This document shows positions 1-9,762 of a DNA stretch of 64,000 nt, one piece after another. Under the pieces are notes generated by a model. That model saw only the letters and a list, made by a program, of their open reading frames with translations. It did not search any database and was not told the origin of the DNA. This DNA comes from Clostridium sp. UBA4548. Its GTDB lineage: Bacteria; Bacillota; Clostridia; Clostridiales; Clostridiaceae. Both the position numbers and the translations under genes were made by a program. The stretch covers positions 21,345-85,344 of the forward strand of contig NZ_DGLI01000002.1 of the NCBI RefSeq assembly GCF_002387895.1, read 5' to 3'. Positions within the stretch are counted from its first letter, which is position 1; each line of letters begins with the position of its first letter.

Positions 1-517
1 CCTTCATATCTTTTAACTTATTTTTTACTGAACCATCTATAACATCACTACCTACCATGACAATTATTCCACCTATGATAGATTTATCTATTTCTTCTTC
101 AAGAATAATTTCTTTTCTATAGGTTTTTTCTAATTTTTCCTGTAGAGCTTCTTTTTGAAGTGATGTTAGAGGTACTACAGTTTTAACCTTAGCTAACACT
201 CTATTAGTACGTTCTAAATGAATTAATTTAAATTGATTATATTTTTCTTTTAGATAAAGTATCCTCTCTTTTTCAATAAGCAAAAGAAGAAAATTCAATA
301 TTTCTTCAGAAATCTTTCCTTCATAAATCTCTTTGAAAATTCTTTTCTTAGCTGATTTGCTTATTTGAGGATGCTTTGTAATCTTAATAAGGCCTTCATT
401 ATTTGTTATTTCTTCAACTATAGTTTCCAATTCTTCTAGGACCTGTTCTATGTTGCCTTTTTCACTACAAGCATCATAAAGAGCAAGTGCGTATCTTCTA
501 TCTAAAAACTCATACAT
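1..517 (-). CDS. atpH: F0F1 ATP synthase subunit delta (partial; 3' end beyond the window)
   Basis: Hand translation from ATG at 517 gives MYEFLDRRYALALY, the typical delta-subunit N-terminus; lies directly downstream of atpF. Confidence 0.9.
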   Translation of the reverse strand, partial: MYEFLDRRYALALYDACSEKGNIEQVLEELETIVEEITNNEGLIKITKHPQISKSAKKRIFKEIYEGKISEEILNFLLLLIEKERILYLKEKYNQFKLIHLERTNRVLAKVKTVVPLTSLQKEALQEKLEKTYRKEIILEEEIDKSIIGGIIVMVGSDVIDGSVKNKLKDMK

Positions 518-520
518 GGT

Positions 521-1000
521 TTAACTACCTACCTTAGTAATAAAATCATCAATTAATCGTTTATGTTCTTCCTCATCAATTTCCTTTTCCAATGCTTTTT
601 CAGCGAACTTCATAGATAAGTTAATTATTTGTGATTTTATTTCTTTTTCTGCTTTTTGTTTTTCTCTTTCTGCTTCTACTACAGCTCTTTCGTGGATAAG
701 TGTAGCTTCCTTTGTAGCATCTTCTATAGTTTCTGAATAAACTTTGTCTGCCTTAGTTTTATAAGCTTCAACAAGCTTTACTCCATCTTCCTTATATCTT
801 CTTATATTTTCTTCATGTTCCTTTTTAAGCTGCTCAGCCCTAGCCTCTTCATCTCTAGCCTTTTTAAATGCTTCTTCAACTTCCGCTTTTCTGTCATTAA
901 TTACTCCAAGGGTTTTTTTGAACACAAATTTCTTAAGTATAAAATAGAATATAAAAAAGTTAATGGTTGATGCAATTATTATACTTCCATGTATATCCAT
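521..1000 (-). CDS. atpF: F0F1 ATP synthase subunit b
   Basis: N-terminal TM helix then a long charged coiled coil; position between atpE and atpH. Confidence 0.93.
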   Translation of the reverse strand: MDIHGSIIIASTINFFIFYFILKKFVFKKTLGVINDRKAEVEEAFKKARDEEARAEQLKKEHEENIRRYKEDGVKLVEAYKTKADKVYSETIEDATKEATLIHERAVVEAEREKQKAEKEIKSQIINLSMKFAEKALEKEIDEEEHKRLIDDFITKVGS

Positions 1001-1006
1001 TATATA

Positions 1007-1053
1007 AAATCCTGGCTTAAAGCACCTTAAGGCTATCCAATAAGCCAGGATTT
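1007..1053 (-). promoter_or_regulatory. Perfect 13-bp stem-loop in the atpF translation-initiation region
   Basis: AAATCCTGGCTTA (1007-1019) pairs with TAAGCCAGGATTT (1041-1053); ends 6 nt before the atpF ATG. Confidence 0.6.
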
Positions 1054-1100
1054 ACACCTACCCTTCTTTAAAAAATTTGATACAGTCTAATAAATTATTA

Positions 1101-1349
1101 TTAGCCTTTTACTCCCATAAGGATTAGTAATAAACCTAATAGGAAACCATAAATTGCAGTCGCTTCTGATAATGCTCCCCCGATAATTAGTGCAGTCATT
1201 ATTTTACTGCTAGCATCAGGTTGTTTTGCAATACTCTCTACAGCCTTAGCTGTAGCATTTCCTGTTCCAATACCTCCACCTATTACTGCAAGAGCTGCTA
1301 TTCCTGCTCCAATTGCTGACATTCCTGCTATAAAAGCTGCTGATTCCAT
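1101..1349 (-). CDS. atpE: F0F1 ATP synthase subunit c
   Basis: GxGxGxG helix, KQP loop, conserved Glu in LSEATAIY. Confidence 0.96.
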   Translation of the reverse strand: MESAAFIAGMSAIGAGIAALAVIGGGIGTGNATAKAVESIAKQPDASSKIMTALIIGGALSEATAIYGFLLGLLLILMGVKG

Positions 1350-1533
1350 AATAAAAATCCTCCTTAAATTTCATCAAATATATTACTAAATGTTTTTCTT
1401 TGTACCTTAAGCACATTTTTATACTAGTTCATTCTTTTTTAAGTAACTAACTATTTTAACAAGTTCTGTGAAAACATATATAATTCTTACCTAACTCTAT
1501 TTTTACCAGAAACTAATTAATTACTTAATAATT

Positions 1534-2214
1534 TTAATGCTCTGAAATTATTTTGATATTTATCATTGTTAACATAACAAATATCACCATTTGAATAGTT
1601 CCATCAAATACATCAAAGTAAAAATGGAATGGCACTGGAATTCCTAATGTGGTAATGAAGCTAATTCCATGAAGCGCTTCATAAAGGAGTTCCATGATAA
1701 TAGTTGCTGCAAAAATATTACCAAACAATCTCAGACTAAGTGATATTGGTAACATAATTCTCTCCATTATGTTTATGGGAAGTAAAATTGCAACTGGTGA
1801 AGCATATCCTTTGAAATACCCCAAGAGACCAAGTTTTTTAATGGTGTATCCCTGGATTATTAAAAATGTAGTAAAAGATAATCCTAAAGTTACACTAAAA
1901 TCTGAAGTTGGCGGCTTAATTCCAAAGAGCCCAACCATATTTAATATAAAAAGATAAATTCCTAGTGAACCAATATAGGGAACAAAGCTTCTCTTTCCTT
2001 CCCCCATATTTTCATCTACAGTTTTAGTTAAAAACTCAACAAGTATTTCCACTATACTTTGAACTTTTCCCGGAATCCTCTTAATACTTTGGCTATAAAT
2101 TAAGGATAATATTAAAGCTATTAATATTACTACCCATTGAATTATAAGACTATCAGTTATATAAAAAGGAAAACCAAATAAATTCAAGACATATCTTGGC
2201 AATACTTCTTCCAT
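1534..2214 (-). CDS. atpB: F0F1 ATP synthase subunit a
   Basis: SLSLRLFGNI motif; start placed at the ATG after RBS AAAGGAAG. Confidence 0.95.
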   Translation of the reverse strand: MEEVLPRYVLNLFGFPFYITDSLIIQWVVILIALILSLIYSQSIKRIPGKVQSIVEILVEFLTKTVDENMGEGKRSFVPYIGSLGIYLFILNMVGLFGIKPPTSDFSVTLGLSFTTFLIIQGYTIKKLGLLGYFKGYASPVAILLPINIMERIMLPISLSLRLFGNIFAATIIMELLYEALHGISFITTLGIPVPFHFYFDVFDGTIQMVIFVMLTMINIKIISEH

Positions 2215-2218
2215 ATAA

Positions 2219-2593
2219 TCACTTCCTTTCATTAGACTTTAGATTTAACCCATAGAGTACCATTGATATTAATTGTGAAGTATATCCTATTATGTATATT
2301 ATGAAGTTTAGATCACTTTTAGTAATAATTATAATTCCTGTTATACTCACAAGTAAGGTTCTGAATAAGGTGCCAAATAAAATAAACATTCTTTTTCCTG
2401 GATTATATTTTGTTAATAGATAATTCGTTACTAAAGAATTAATACTTAAATTAATATAGGCGAAAAAAATTCCTAAGAAAAAAAACATTGCTGAAATTCC
2501 ATAAAAAATATAACCCACGGTAATAAATATTAAACATAAGATTAAGTCGTAAGTAGCTATTTTCTTTAAAAGCACTTTATTTAATTCATTCAC
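2219..2593 (-). CDS. atpI: ATP synthase subunit I (AtpI-like membrane protein)
   Basis: Small hydrophobic protein with about four TM segments, first gene of the atp operon. Confidence 0.75.
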   Translation of the reverse strand: MNELNKVLLKKIATYDLILCLIFITVGYIFYGISAMFFFLGIFFAYINLSINSLVTNYLLTKYNPGKRMFILFGTLFRTLLVSITGIIIITKSDLNFIIYIIGYTSQLISMVLYGLNLKSNERK

Positions 2594-3135
2594 CTTTGTT
2601 CTCCTCTATTTTAAAACTAATTAAGATTATATAATTATAAATAGTTTATTAAAACCCCATTAAACCTTTAAATTCCCCTATTTTGTTTAATATTATTCAT
2701 TTACATGAAATTAGTCTGGATTTAATCTGAATATCAGCATTTATCATCACTTCTCATTACTCTTAGATAATCTTCTTAAAAATTATTCAATTTTTTATTT
2801 ACCACAATTAGTTTTATAATTTATTTAAGTTTTTATGAATAATACAACTGAATATTATTCATAAAAACCTGTTTATCACTGTATATTTCTCGTATAAAGA
2901 CTCACGGAATATATTTTTATTCCTTTTTGTGAATATTTTATTAATTTACAATGCAAACTATTATGTTAATTGCAATTTTATTTTATTGTAATTTCATTAT
3001 TCCCTCTATTTAATAACGTTTACAGGGAATTTACGCACTTATACGCTATTATGTAGATATTTTTACTATATTCTCTTTATAATATTCTGCATATTTCACA
3101 CTATTTCTTCAATTATGCGTCCTAATAAAATAAAA

Positions 3136-3174
3136 AAACTAACAAGTAACTTCATTAGTTATACTTGTTAGTTT
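3136..3174 (-). terminator. Rho-independent terminator of the tagO-like gene
   Basis: AAACTAACAAGTA/TACTTGTTAGTTT inverted repeat just after the stop, with a T-run on the minus strand. Confidence 0.7.
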
Positions 3175-3186
3175 GTATTTTACTAA

Positions 3187-4218
3187 TTACTCTTTATTTC
3201 CCTTTTTAAACATATTACACTTCCAAGCGATTAAAAATATAATTAATGCCACTAGTGCAAATAAAAAATATGCCTTTCTACTACTTAACTGCATAGCTAT
3301 TACTGCAAGGGCCCCTAAACAAGCTCCAATTAAGTACATAATCAAAACTGCTTGTCTTTGTGTAAGTCCCAAGCTCAACAATCTATGGTGAAGATGACCT
3401 TTATCACCCTCCATAATTGGTTTCTTATTTATCACCCTTCTAATCATAGCAAACAACGTATCATATATCGGTAATCCTAGTGCTAATAAAGGCACAGCAA
3501 TAACTAAGGAAGTAGCTGACTTTATAGAGCCATCAATAGATATTGCAGCCAGCAAAAAACCTAGTAATTGAGATCCTGTATCACCCATAAAAATACTAGC
3601 TGGATTAAAGTTATATGGCAAGAACCCAAGTATAGCTCCACTTATAATAGTTGTGAGAAGTATAGTATTATGTCTTCCATTAATTATTGCTACAACTAAC
3701 ATAGTGATAGATGCTATAAACGCTATTCCAGCTGCAAGCCCATCTAATCCATCTATTAAATTAAAGGCATTTGTAATTCCAATAACCCAAAGAATAGTAA
3801 TGGGAATGCTAAAATAAAATAAATTTATATATGGGTAAATATTATGAAAAGGATTAGTTACTAATCTTATGGTTATTCCAGATAAAATTAAGCATATGGA
3901 TGCTAGTATTTGAATTAGAAGCTTGTACTTGGGCGCTAAACACTTTATATCATCGATAATTCCCCCAATTACTATTATAGTACATCCAATTATTAATCCA
4001 TAATTAAAGCTATGAAACTTGTTAACATTCAATAATGCTACTATTACAAAACTAATGTATATGCTCAAACCACCCATCCTAGGAATTGGAATGCTATGTA
4101 CCCTTCTATCATCTTTCGGTACATCTATAGCATTAACCTTATAAGCTAGCTTGATTACTAGGGGTGTAATACAAAACGAAACAACTAGCGCAATTGAAAA
4201 TATGATTATTTTACTCAT
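3187..4218 (-). CDS. tagO: MraY/WecA/TagO-family undecaprenyl-phosphate GlcNAc-1-phosphate transferase
   Basis: GIIDD, NAFNLIDGLDGLA, FMGDTGS and HLHHRL motifs. Confidence 0.88.
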   Translation of the reverse strand: MSKIIIFSIALVVSFCITPLVIKLAYKVNAIDVPKDDRRVHSIPIPRMGGLSIYISFVIVALLNVNKFHSFNYGLIIGCTIIVIGGIIDDIKCLAPKYKLLIQILASICLILSGITIRLVTNPFHNIYPYINLFYFSIPITILWVIGITNAFNLIDGLDGLAAGIAFIASITMLVVAIINGRHNTILLTTIISGAILGFLPYNFNPASIFMGDTGSQLLGFLLAAISIDGSIKSATSLVIAVPLLALGLPIYDTLFAMIRRVINKKPIMEGDKGHLHHRLLSLGLTQRQAVLIMYLIGACLGALAVIAMQLSSRKAYFLFALVALIIFLIAWKCNMFKKGNKE

Positions 4219-4246
4219 AAAAACCATCCTAATAATTTATTTGTTT

Positions 4247-4738
4247 TTAGTATCCTCCGTCTCCTGACAAGGATTCATCATTTATTACCCAGTAGTCAAC
4301 GCTTACAACTCTGTAGTCTTTATCTGTATCCCGAATTATTACTTCAGAAATTCCTGAATTAATAATCAATCTTTTACACAAAGAGCAAGACGAAGCATTT
4401 TCAACCAAATTGCCTGTAGCCACTTCTTTTCCCACCAAGTACAAAGTAGCACCAATCATATCTTGCCTTCTTGCAGATATAATTGCATTTTGTTCAGCAT
4501 GAACTGATCTGCAGAGCTCATATCTTGTGCCTCTTGGTACCTTTAATTCCTCACGTTTACAATATCCCAAGTCAGTACAATTAACTCGTCCTCTTGGAGC
4601 CCCTGAATATCCAGTAGATATAATTTCATCATTCTTTACTATTATAGCCGCGAAGTTTCTTCTTATACAAGTTCCTCTTTCAAGGATAGTTTCGCATATA
4701 TCTAAATAATAATTATGTTTGTCTATTCTATCTATCAA
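4247..4738 (-). CDS. Deoxycytidylate deaminase (ComEB/dCMP deaminase family)
   Basis: HAEQNAI and CxxC zinc-deaminase motifs. Confidence 0.85.
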   Translation of the reverse strand: MIDRIDKHNYYLDICETILERGTCIRRNFAAIIVKNDEIISTGYSGAPRGRVNCTDLGYCKREELKVPRGTRYELCRSVHAEQNAIISARRQDMIGATLYLVGKEVATGNLVENASSCSLCKRLIINSGISEVIIRDTDKDYRVVSVDYWVINDESLSGDGGY

Positions 4739-4923
4739 TGTCTACACCTCATTGTTTTATATTTAAATATATTTTATACTATAAGCAACAAATTTAAAAG
4801 AGAATTTTAGTATTGACTTAAGCAACAATTATAATTATATACTAAATTCCATAAAGTTGCTCTATTATTTCTAAATCTATGCTAAAATACTCATAACAAT
4901 AATTAGATAAAAAGGTGATTATT

Positions 4924-5625
4924 ATGAATAAATTTATTCAACCCCTACGAAAATGTATACTTTTTAAAGGCCTTTCAGATGATGAAATAGATAGTTTACT
5001 AAGTAAAATTAAATTTACCCTCTATGAAAAATGCATGAACTGCATAAACTGCAAAACTTGTATTTTAGCATTAGAGGGTGACGACTGTACCTCAATAGGT
5101 ATTGTCCTACAAGGAAACGTGGAAATTCAAAAGCATTATCCTAACGGCAAAATCGTTTCCTTAAGCAGCTTAAATGAAGGAAAGATCTTTGGGGAGGCTA
5201 TAGTGTTTTCCTCCCACCATAAATATCCTGCAACTATAGTCACTATGAGAAATTCAAAAATAATGCACATTTCTAGAGAAGATATCATATATATGTGTAG
5301 TGTAAATTCTCAAGTGCTTAAAAACTTCATGGAGCTTTTATCTTCTAAAATACTAAACTTAAATAAAAAAGTTACTGAACTATCTCTAGAAACACTAAGA
5401 CAGAAAATAATCTTTTACTTGCTACAGTTATATAAAGAACAAAAAACTTTAAAACTAATGCTACCTATTTCTAAAAAGAGTCTAGCCGAATATTTAGGTG
5501 TACAAAGACCTTCCCTATCAAGAGAATTAATCAATATGAAAAATGAAGGCCTTATAAATGCAGAAAAAGATTTAGTTGAAATACTAGATATAGAAACTTT
5601 ACAAGATTACATTAATATTTATTAA
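4924..5625 (+). CDS. Crp/Fnr-family transcriptional regulator with an N-terminal Cys-rich segment
   Basis: cNMP-binding-like IFGEA segment, C-terminal HTH LAEYLGVQRPSLSRE, and CMNCINCKTC near the N-terminus. Confidence 0.9.
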   Translation: MNKFIQPLRKCILFKGLSDDEIDSLLSKIKFTLYEKCMNCINCKTCILALEGDDCTSIGIVLQGNVEIQKHYPNGKIVSLSSLNEGKIFGEAIVFSSHHKYPATIVTMRNSKIMHISREDIIYMCSVNSQVLKNFMELLSSKILNLNKKVTELSLETLRQKIIFYLLQLYKEQKTLKLMLPISKKSLAEYLGVQRPSLSRELINMKNEGLINAEKDLVEILDIETLQDYINIY

Positions 5626-5857
5626 ACAAGGTAACATTACTACTGTTAACAATCTTTACCTAAGCTTGCAAGCTTACATTAGTATTTGTTAAACTACTAA
5701 TGTAGCTAGTGATTTTATATGTACTAAGGCTTTTAGCTTTATTACAATGCAGGCTTTTAAGACCAAAACTAACCTTATTGATTTTAAAAATTCTTAAACT
5801 AATAATATGTTGTCGAAATTTAAATTAATTTTTCGAATAAAAAATAATAATTTTCTA

Positions 5858-5886
5858 TTGATAATTATTATCCGATAGTATATAAT
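5858..5886 (+). promoter_or_regulatory. SigA promoter of the rubrerythrin gene overlapped by a Fur/PerR-type box
   Basis: TTGATA-17 bp-TATAAT; TGATAATTATTATCC (5859-5873) fits a 7-1-7 Fur-family palindrome with one mismatch. Confidence 0.65.
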
Positions 5887-5977
5887 AAATTCATAAGGTT
5901 GGACGAAAACAAATTACCAACACAGTAAAAATTAACTAAATTAATATATTAAAAGGTTTTAAGGAGGAATATTTATT

Positions 5978-6529
5978 ATGAAAAAATTTGTATGTACAAT
6001 TTGCGGTTATATTCACGAAGGAGATGCAGCTCCAGAGTTTTGCCCAGTATGTAAGGCACCTGCTTCTAAATTTGTAGAAAAAAATGAAGATTCACTATCA
6101 TGGGCAGATGAACATAGAATAGGCGTTGCAAAAGACGTTGATCAAGAAGTTATAGAAGGATTAAGAGCTAACTTCGTTGGAGAATGTACAGAAGTAGGAA
6201 TGTACTTAGCTATGAGCCGTCAAGCAGACAGAGAAGGATTCCCTGAAGTTGCTGAAGCTTATAAAAGAATAGCTTTTGAAGAAGCAGAACATGCAGCTAA
6301 ATTTGCTGAATTATTAGGTGAAGTTGTTGTAGCTGATACAAAAACAAACTTACAAATGAGAGTTGATGCTGAGCATGGTGCTTGCCAAGGTAAGAAAGAC
6401 CTAGCTACACTTGCTAAAAAATTAAACCTAGATGCAATCCATGATACAGTTCATGAAATGTGTAAAGATGAAGCTAGACATGGTGCAGCATTTAACGGAT
6501 TATTACAAAGATATTTTGGAAACAAATAA
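5978..6529 (+). CDS. Reverse rubrerythrin (NADH peroxidase, Rbr3-type)
   Basis: N-terminal rubredoxin CxxCG...CPVC followed by a ferritin-like domain with EAEHA and EARH motifs. Confidence 0.92.
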   Translation: MKKFVCTICGYIHEGDAAPEFCPVCKAPASKFVEKNEDSLSWADEHRIGVAKDVDQEVIEGLRANFVGECTEVGMYLAMSRQADREGFPEVAEAYKRIAFEEAEHAAKFAELLGEVVVADTKTNLQMRVDAEHGACQGKKDLATLAKKLNLDAIHDTVHEMCKDEARHGAAFNGLLQRYFGNK

Positions 6530-6594
6530 CATTTAATTACGTAACCCTATCCCCTAAGATAAAAAAACTACCTCTATAATTTAAACATTAGAAT

Positions 6595-6630
6595 AAAAAA
6601 TGTGTAGAGATTATTCTCTACACATTTTTT
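6595..6630. terminator. Bidirectional terminator between the rubrerythrin gene and upp
   Basis: AAAAAATGTGTAGAGA/TCTCTACACATTTTTT inverted repeat between convergent genes. Confidence 0.85.
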
Positions 6631-6684
6631 ATTTGCTAAAAATTATAAACTTATAGTTTTTTACCTTAACCAGCTTTAACCATT

Positions 6685-7314
6685 CTATTTAGTTCCAAAT
6701 AATCTATCTCCTGCATCTCCAAGACCTGGAACTATGTATCCGTGATCATTTAAACATTCATCAATAGCAGCTACATATATGTCTACATCAGGATGAGCGT
6801 CCATTACCGCTTTGATTCCTATTGGTGCTGCAACTAAGCACATTAATCTTATATTCTTAGCTCCTCTTTTCTTTAAAGCATGAATAGCATCAACAGCTGA
6901 TCCACCTGTGGCAAGCATAGGGTCTGTTACTATAACATCTCTTTCCTCTATGTCTTGTGGCAGTTTGCAAAAGTATTCTACTGGCATTAAAGTTTCTTCA
7001 TTTCTATAAAGACCAATATGACCTACTTTAGCAGCTGGTATTAATTTAAGCATACCATCTACCATTCCAAGTCCAGCTCTTAGAATTGGAACAATTGCAA
7101 GTTTCTTTCCTGCTAATACTTTACATTTAGTTTTACAAATCGGAGTTTCTATTTCAACTTCTTCAAGTTGAATATCTCTTGTTACCTCATAAGCCATAAG
7201 CATAGCAACTTCTTCAACAAGCTCTCTAAAATCTTTTGAACCTGTATTCTTATCTCTAATAAAAGCTAATTTGTGTAATATAAGTGGATGTGCAATTTGT
7301 GTAACTTTACTCAT
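6685..7314 (-). CDS. upp: Uracil phosphoribosyltransferase
   Basis: [15 protein letters not shown] and [14 protein letters not shown] motifs. Confidence 0.98.
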   Translation of the reverse strand: MSKVTQIAHPLILHKLAFIRDKNTGSKDFRELVEEVAMLMAYEVTRDIQLEEVEIETPICKTKCKVLAGKKLAIVPILRAGLGMVDGMLKLIPAAKVGHIGLYRNEETLMPVEYFCKLPQDIEERDVIVTDPMLATGGSAVDAIHALKKRGAKNIRLMCLVAAPIGIKAVMDAHPDVDIYVAAIDECLNDHGYIVPGLGDAGDRLFGTK

Positions 7315-7335
7315 TTTTTCTTCCCCCTAAAATTT

Positions 7336-7785
7336 TTACTTATTATATTTTTTCTCAATTTCACTAATTTTATCTACTCTTCTTGTATGACGATCTCCTT
7401 CAAATTTGGCATTTAAAAAGGTATCAACAATATCAAGAGCAAGTCCTGGTCCAACAATTCTTTCTCCAAGAGCTAGAATATTGGCATCATTATGCTCTCT
7501 TGTAGCATGAGCACTAAAGGTATCGCTGCAAAGTGCAGCTCTAATTCCAGGAACCTTATTAGCTGCAATGCTAATTCCAATTCCTGTTCCACACACTAAT
7601 ATTCCAAAGTCATAGTTTTTAGCTACAACTTCTTCTGCAACCTTTTCTGCAAAGTCCGGATAATCACAAGATTCCTCACTATATGCTCCAAAATCCTTAA
7701 ATTGTATTCCTTTCTTTTCAAGGTGTTTTATTATTTCTTTTTTAAGTCTTAATCCACCATGATCGCTTCCTAATGCAATTTTCAT
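7336..7785 (-). CDS. rpiB: Ribose-5-phosphate isomerase B
   Basis: GSDHGG, CGTGIG, REHNDAN motifs; start at the ATG after AAGGAGG. Confidence 0.96.
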   Translation of the reverse strand: MKIALGSDHGGLRLKKEIIKHLEKKGIQFKDFGAYSEESCDYPDFAEKVAEEVVAKNYDFGILVCGTGIGISIAANKVPGIRAALCSDTFSAHATREHNDANILALGERIVGPGLALDIVDTFLNAKFEGDRHTRRVDKISEIEKKYNK

Positions 7786-7806
7786 ATTCAGTACCTCCTT
7801 AAAATT

Positions 7807-7966
7807 AGGCATCTGAAAATAAATAACAAGTCAAAGATGTGAAGTATATTATGGGTTAGCCAAGGAAACAGGTTCCTTAGATAGTAGAGCTATCTAAGAG
7901 CTCTGCTGACGAAGTATAACACAAAATAGACGAGCATACTGACTTATTTATTTTTTGAAGATGCCT
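7807..7966. mobile_element. MITE-like palindromic intergenic element, family 1, copy 1
   Basis: Imperfect terminal inverted repeats AGGCATCTGAAAATAAATAACAAGTCA...TGACTTATTTATTTTTTGAAGATGCCT and an internal hairpin; near-identical copy at 35380-35556. Confidence 0.75.
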
Positions 7967-8003
7967 TATAGTATATGCAAAAAAAAAGATATCAGTATAA
8001 ATA

Positions 8004-8450
8004 CTAGTATCTCTTTTTTAATATCTCAATTAGAGATAAGATGTCCTGGGTAAGCATCTCAAAAGTTTGAGAATAAACATCTATATTGCCGCCAAAAGGG
8101 TCAACTATATCCCCACTGTTGCCGACAAATTCTCTAAGGCTATGAACTTTTTCATTAAACTCTGGAAAATTATTAATAATTATATCCTTCATGTAGGCTG
8201 TCATAGTTAAGACTAAATCAGCTTCACTTAACATATCCTTAGTTAACTGAACCGCTTGTCTATCTGAAAGATCTATATCATATTTATCCCTCAGAATTTT
8301 TACCGTATGCTTTGATGCCAGAGAAAATGGGACTATTGATAACCCTGCTGAAGTTGCCTGCAAACTATCCACATTACAAAGTTTATTAAATATTGCTTCT
8401 GCCATATTACTTCTACATGTGTTTCCTGTACAAACAAATAATATCTTCAT
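8004..8450 (-). CDS. Low-molecular-weight protein arginine/tyrosine phosphatase (YwlE-like)
   Basis: CTGNTCRS P-loop and DIVDPFGG; conserved sua5-ywlE-rpiB order. Confidence 0.9.
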   Translation of the reverse strand: MKILFVCTGNTCRSNMAEAIFNKLCNVDSLQATSAGLSIVPFSLASKHTVKILRDKYDIDLSDRQAVQLTKDMLSEADLVLTMTAYMKDIIINNFPEFNEKVHSLREFVGNSGDIVDPFGGNIDVYSQTFEMLTQDILSLIEILKKRY

Positions 8451-8527
8451 TATTTTTCTCCTTTCTTAAGCAATTATCGTAAAAACTGAACCTAGCTAAA
8501 TTGTTTAGATATAGAATTTTACCATGA

Positions 8528-9577
8528 TTAAGCTTCTATAATATCAAAGCCTGCACTCTTTTTCAGCCTATTCATTATAGCTGTTCCAAAATCCTGCTCA
8601 TTGAAGCCTTCACAAAGAATTACATCAATGTCCATAGTATCAAAACTTCTAAGAACCTTAAATAAGTTTTTACCTATTTGAGAAAGATTAGCTCTACTTC
8701 CTAAAGAAATTACTACTTCATTATTATATCTTTCTTTAGTTTCATCCGTAGCTATAACTCCAACCTTTTTGCCATGTTCTATATAATTTAACACTATTTC
8801 ATTGATTTTTGCAATAGTTTTTTCTATATCTCCATTTATTATTTTTACCGGAGCCTTTGGTGCATAATGTCTATACTTCATTCCTGGCGCCTTTGGCTTA
8901 AAATCTTCCTGTGGTTTTGTTAAAACCGATGGATCAATATAAACATTTTCATCTAATTCCCTAAGCATTTCAACGGTAATAGCCCCAGGTCTTAATATAC
9001 AAATAGGATTCACTGTACAATCAACAATAGTTGATTCCAGTCCAACTTTACTATTTTCTCCACCTAAAATATAATCAACCTTACCGTTTAAATCCTCAAT
9101 GCAACTCTCCACATCTGTTGGACTAGGTCTTCCCGATATATTAGCCGATGGAGCTGCTATGGGAACTCCTGCAGCTAGTATTAACTCCCTTGCAATATCA
9201 TTAGCTGGCATTCTTATTCCCACAGTAGAAAGCTTTGCACTAGTCATCATTGGAACTAGCTCACTTTTCTCAAGAATCAGAGTTATAGGCCCTGGCCAAT
9301 AACTCTTAATTATTTCCTTTGCAACAGTAGGTACTGTTTTAACATAAGGACTTATATTAAAATCCCCTACATGAATTATTAGGGGATTATCTTGAGGTCT
9401 TCCTTTTGCAACAAAGATTTTTTTAACTGCTTCTTCATCTAGGGCATTAGCTCCTAAGCCATAAACCGTTTCTGTAGGAAAAACCACAACCCCACCTTTT
9501 TTAATCACTTGGGCTGCTTCTTCTATAATATCCTTGTCTAGTTTTTGTTCATTTAAAATTGCAACTTTTGTTTCCAC
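8528..9577 (-). CDS. sua5: L-threonylcarbamoyladenylate synthase (Sua5-type)
   Basis: FPTETVYGLG, KGRPQDNPL, APSANISG and APGMKYRHYAP motifs. Confidence 0.96.
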   Translation of the reverse strand: METKVAILNEQKLDKDIIEEAAQVIKKGGVVVFPTETVYGLGANALDEEAVKKIFVAKGRPQDNPLIIHVGDFNISPYVKTVPTVAKEIIKSYWPGPITLILEKSELVPMMTSAKLSTVGIRMPANDIARELILAAGVPIAAPSANISGRPSPTDVESCIEDLNGKVDYILGGENSKVGLESTIVDCTVNPICILRPGAITVEMLRELDENVYIDPSVLTKPQEDFKPKAPGMKYRHYAPKAPVKIINGDIEKTIAKINEIVLNYIEHGKKVGVIATDETKERYNNEVVISLGSRANLSQIGKNLFKVLRSFDTMDIDVILCEGFNEQDFGTAIMNRLKKSAGFDIIEA

Positions 9578-9614
9578 ACTTAACACCTCAATATTATGTT
9601 CACTGTTTGAACTT

Positions 9615-9711
9615 TATAGGCTTTTAGGATAATACTACTCTATTAATCTTAAAAACCTTTAGGAAACCAAGGTGACTTAACTAATAAACGTGTTAACTTT
9701 GGTTCCCTATA
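9615..9711 (-). repeat. ~100-bp two-hairpin dispersed repeat, family 2
   Basis: Reverse complement reads TATAGGGAACCAAAG...CCTTGGTTTCCTAAAGGTTTTTAAG...CCTAAAAGCCTATA; aligns by eye to the other copies. Confidence 0.65.
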
Positions 9712-9762
9712 AAATTTAATTAATTACTTTACTTATAAATAATTATCTGCATATTTCTTGTC

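Noticed and set aside
1101..1349. Na+-translocating c subunit
   Set aside because: It lacks the Gln and the Glu-Ser/Thr signature of Na+-binding c rings (it has GTG and EAT), so H+ coupling is more likely.
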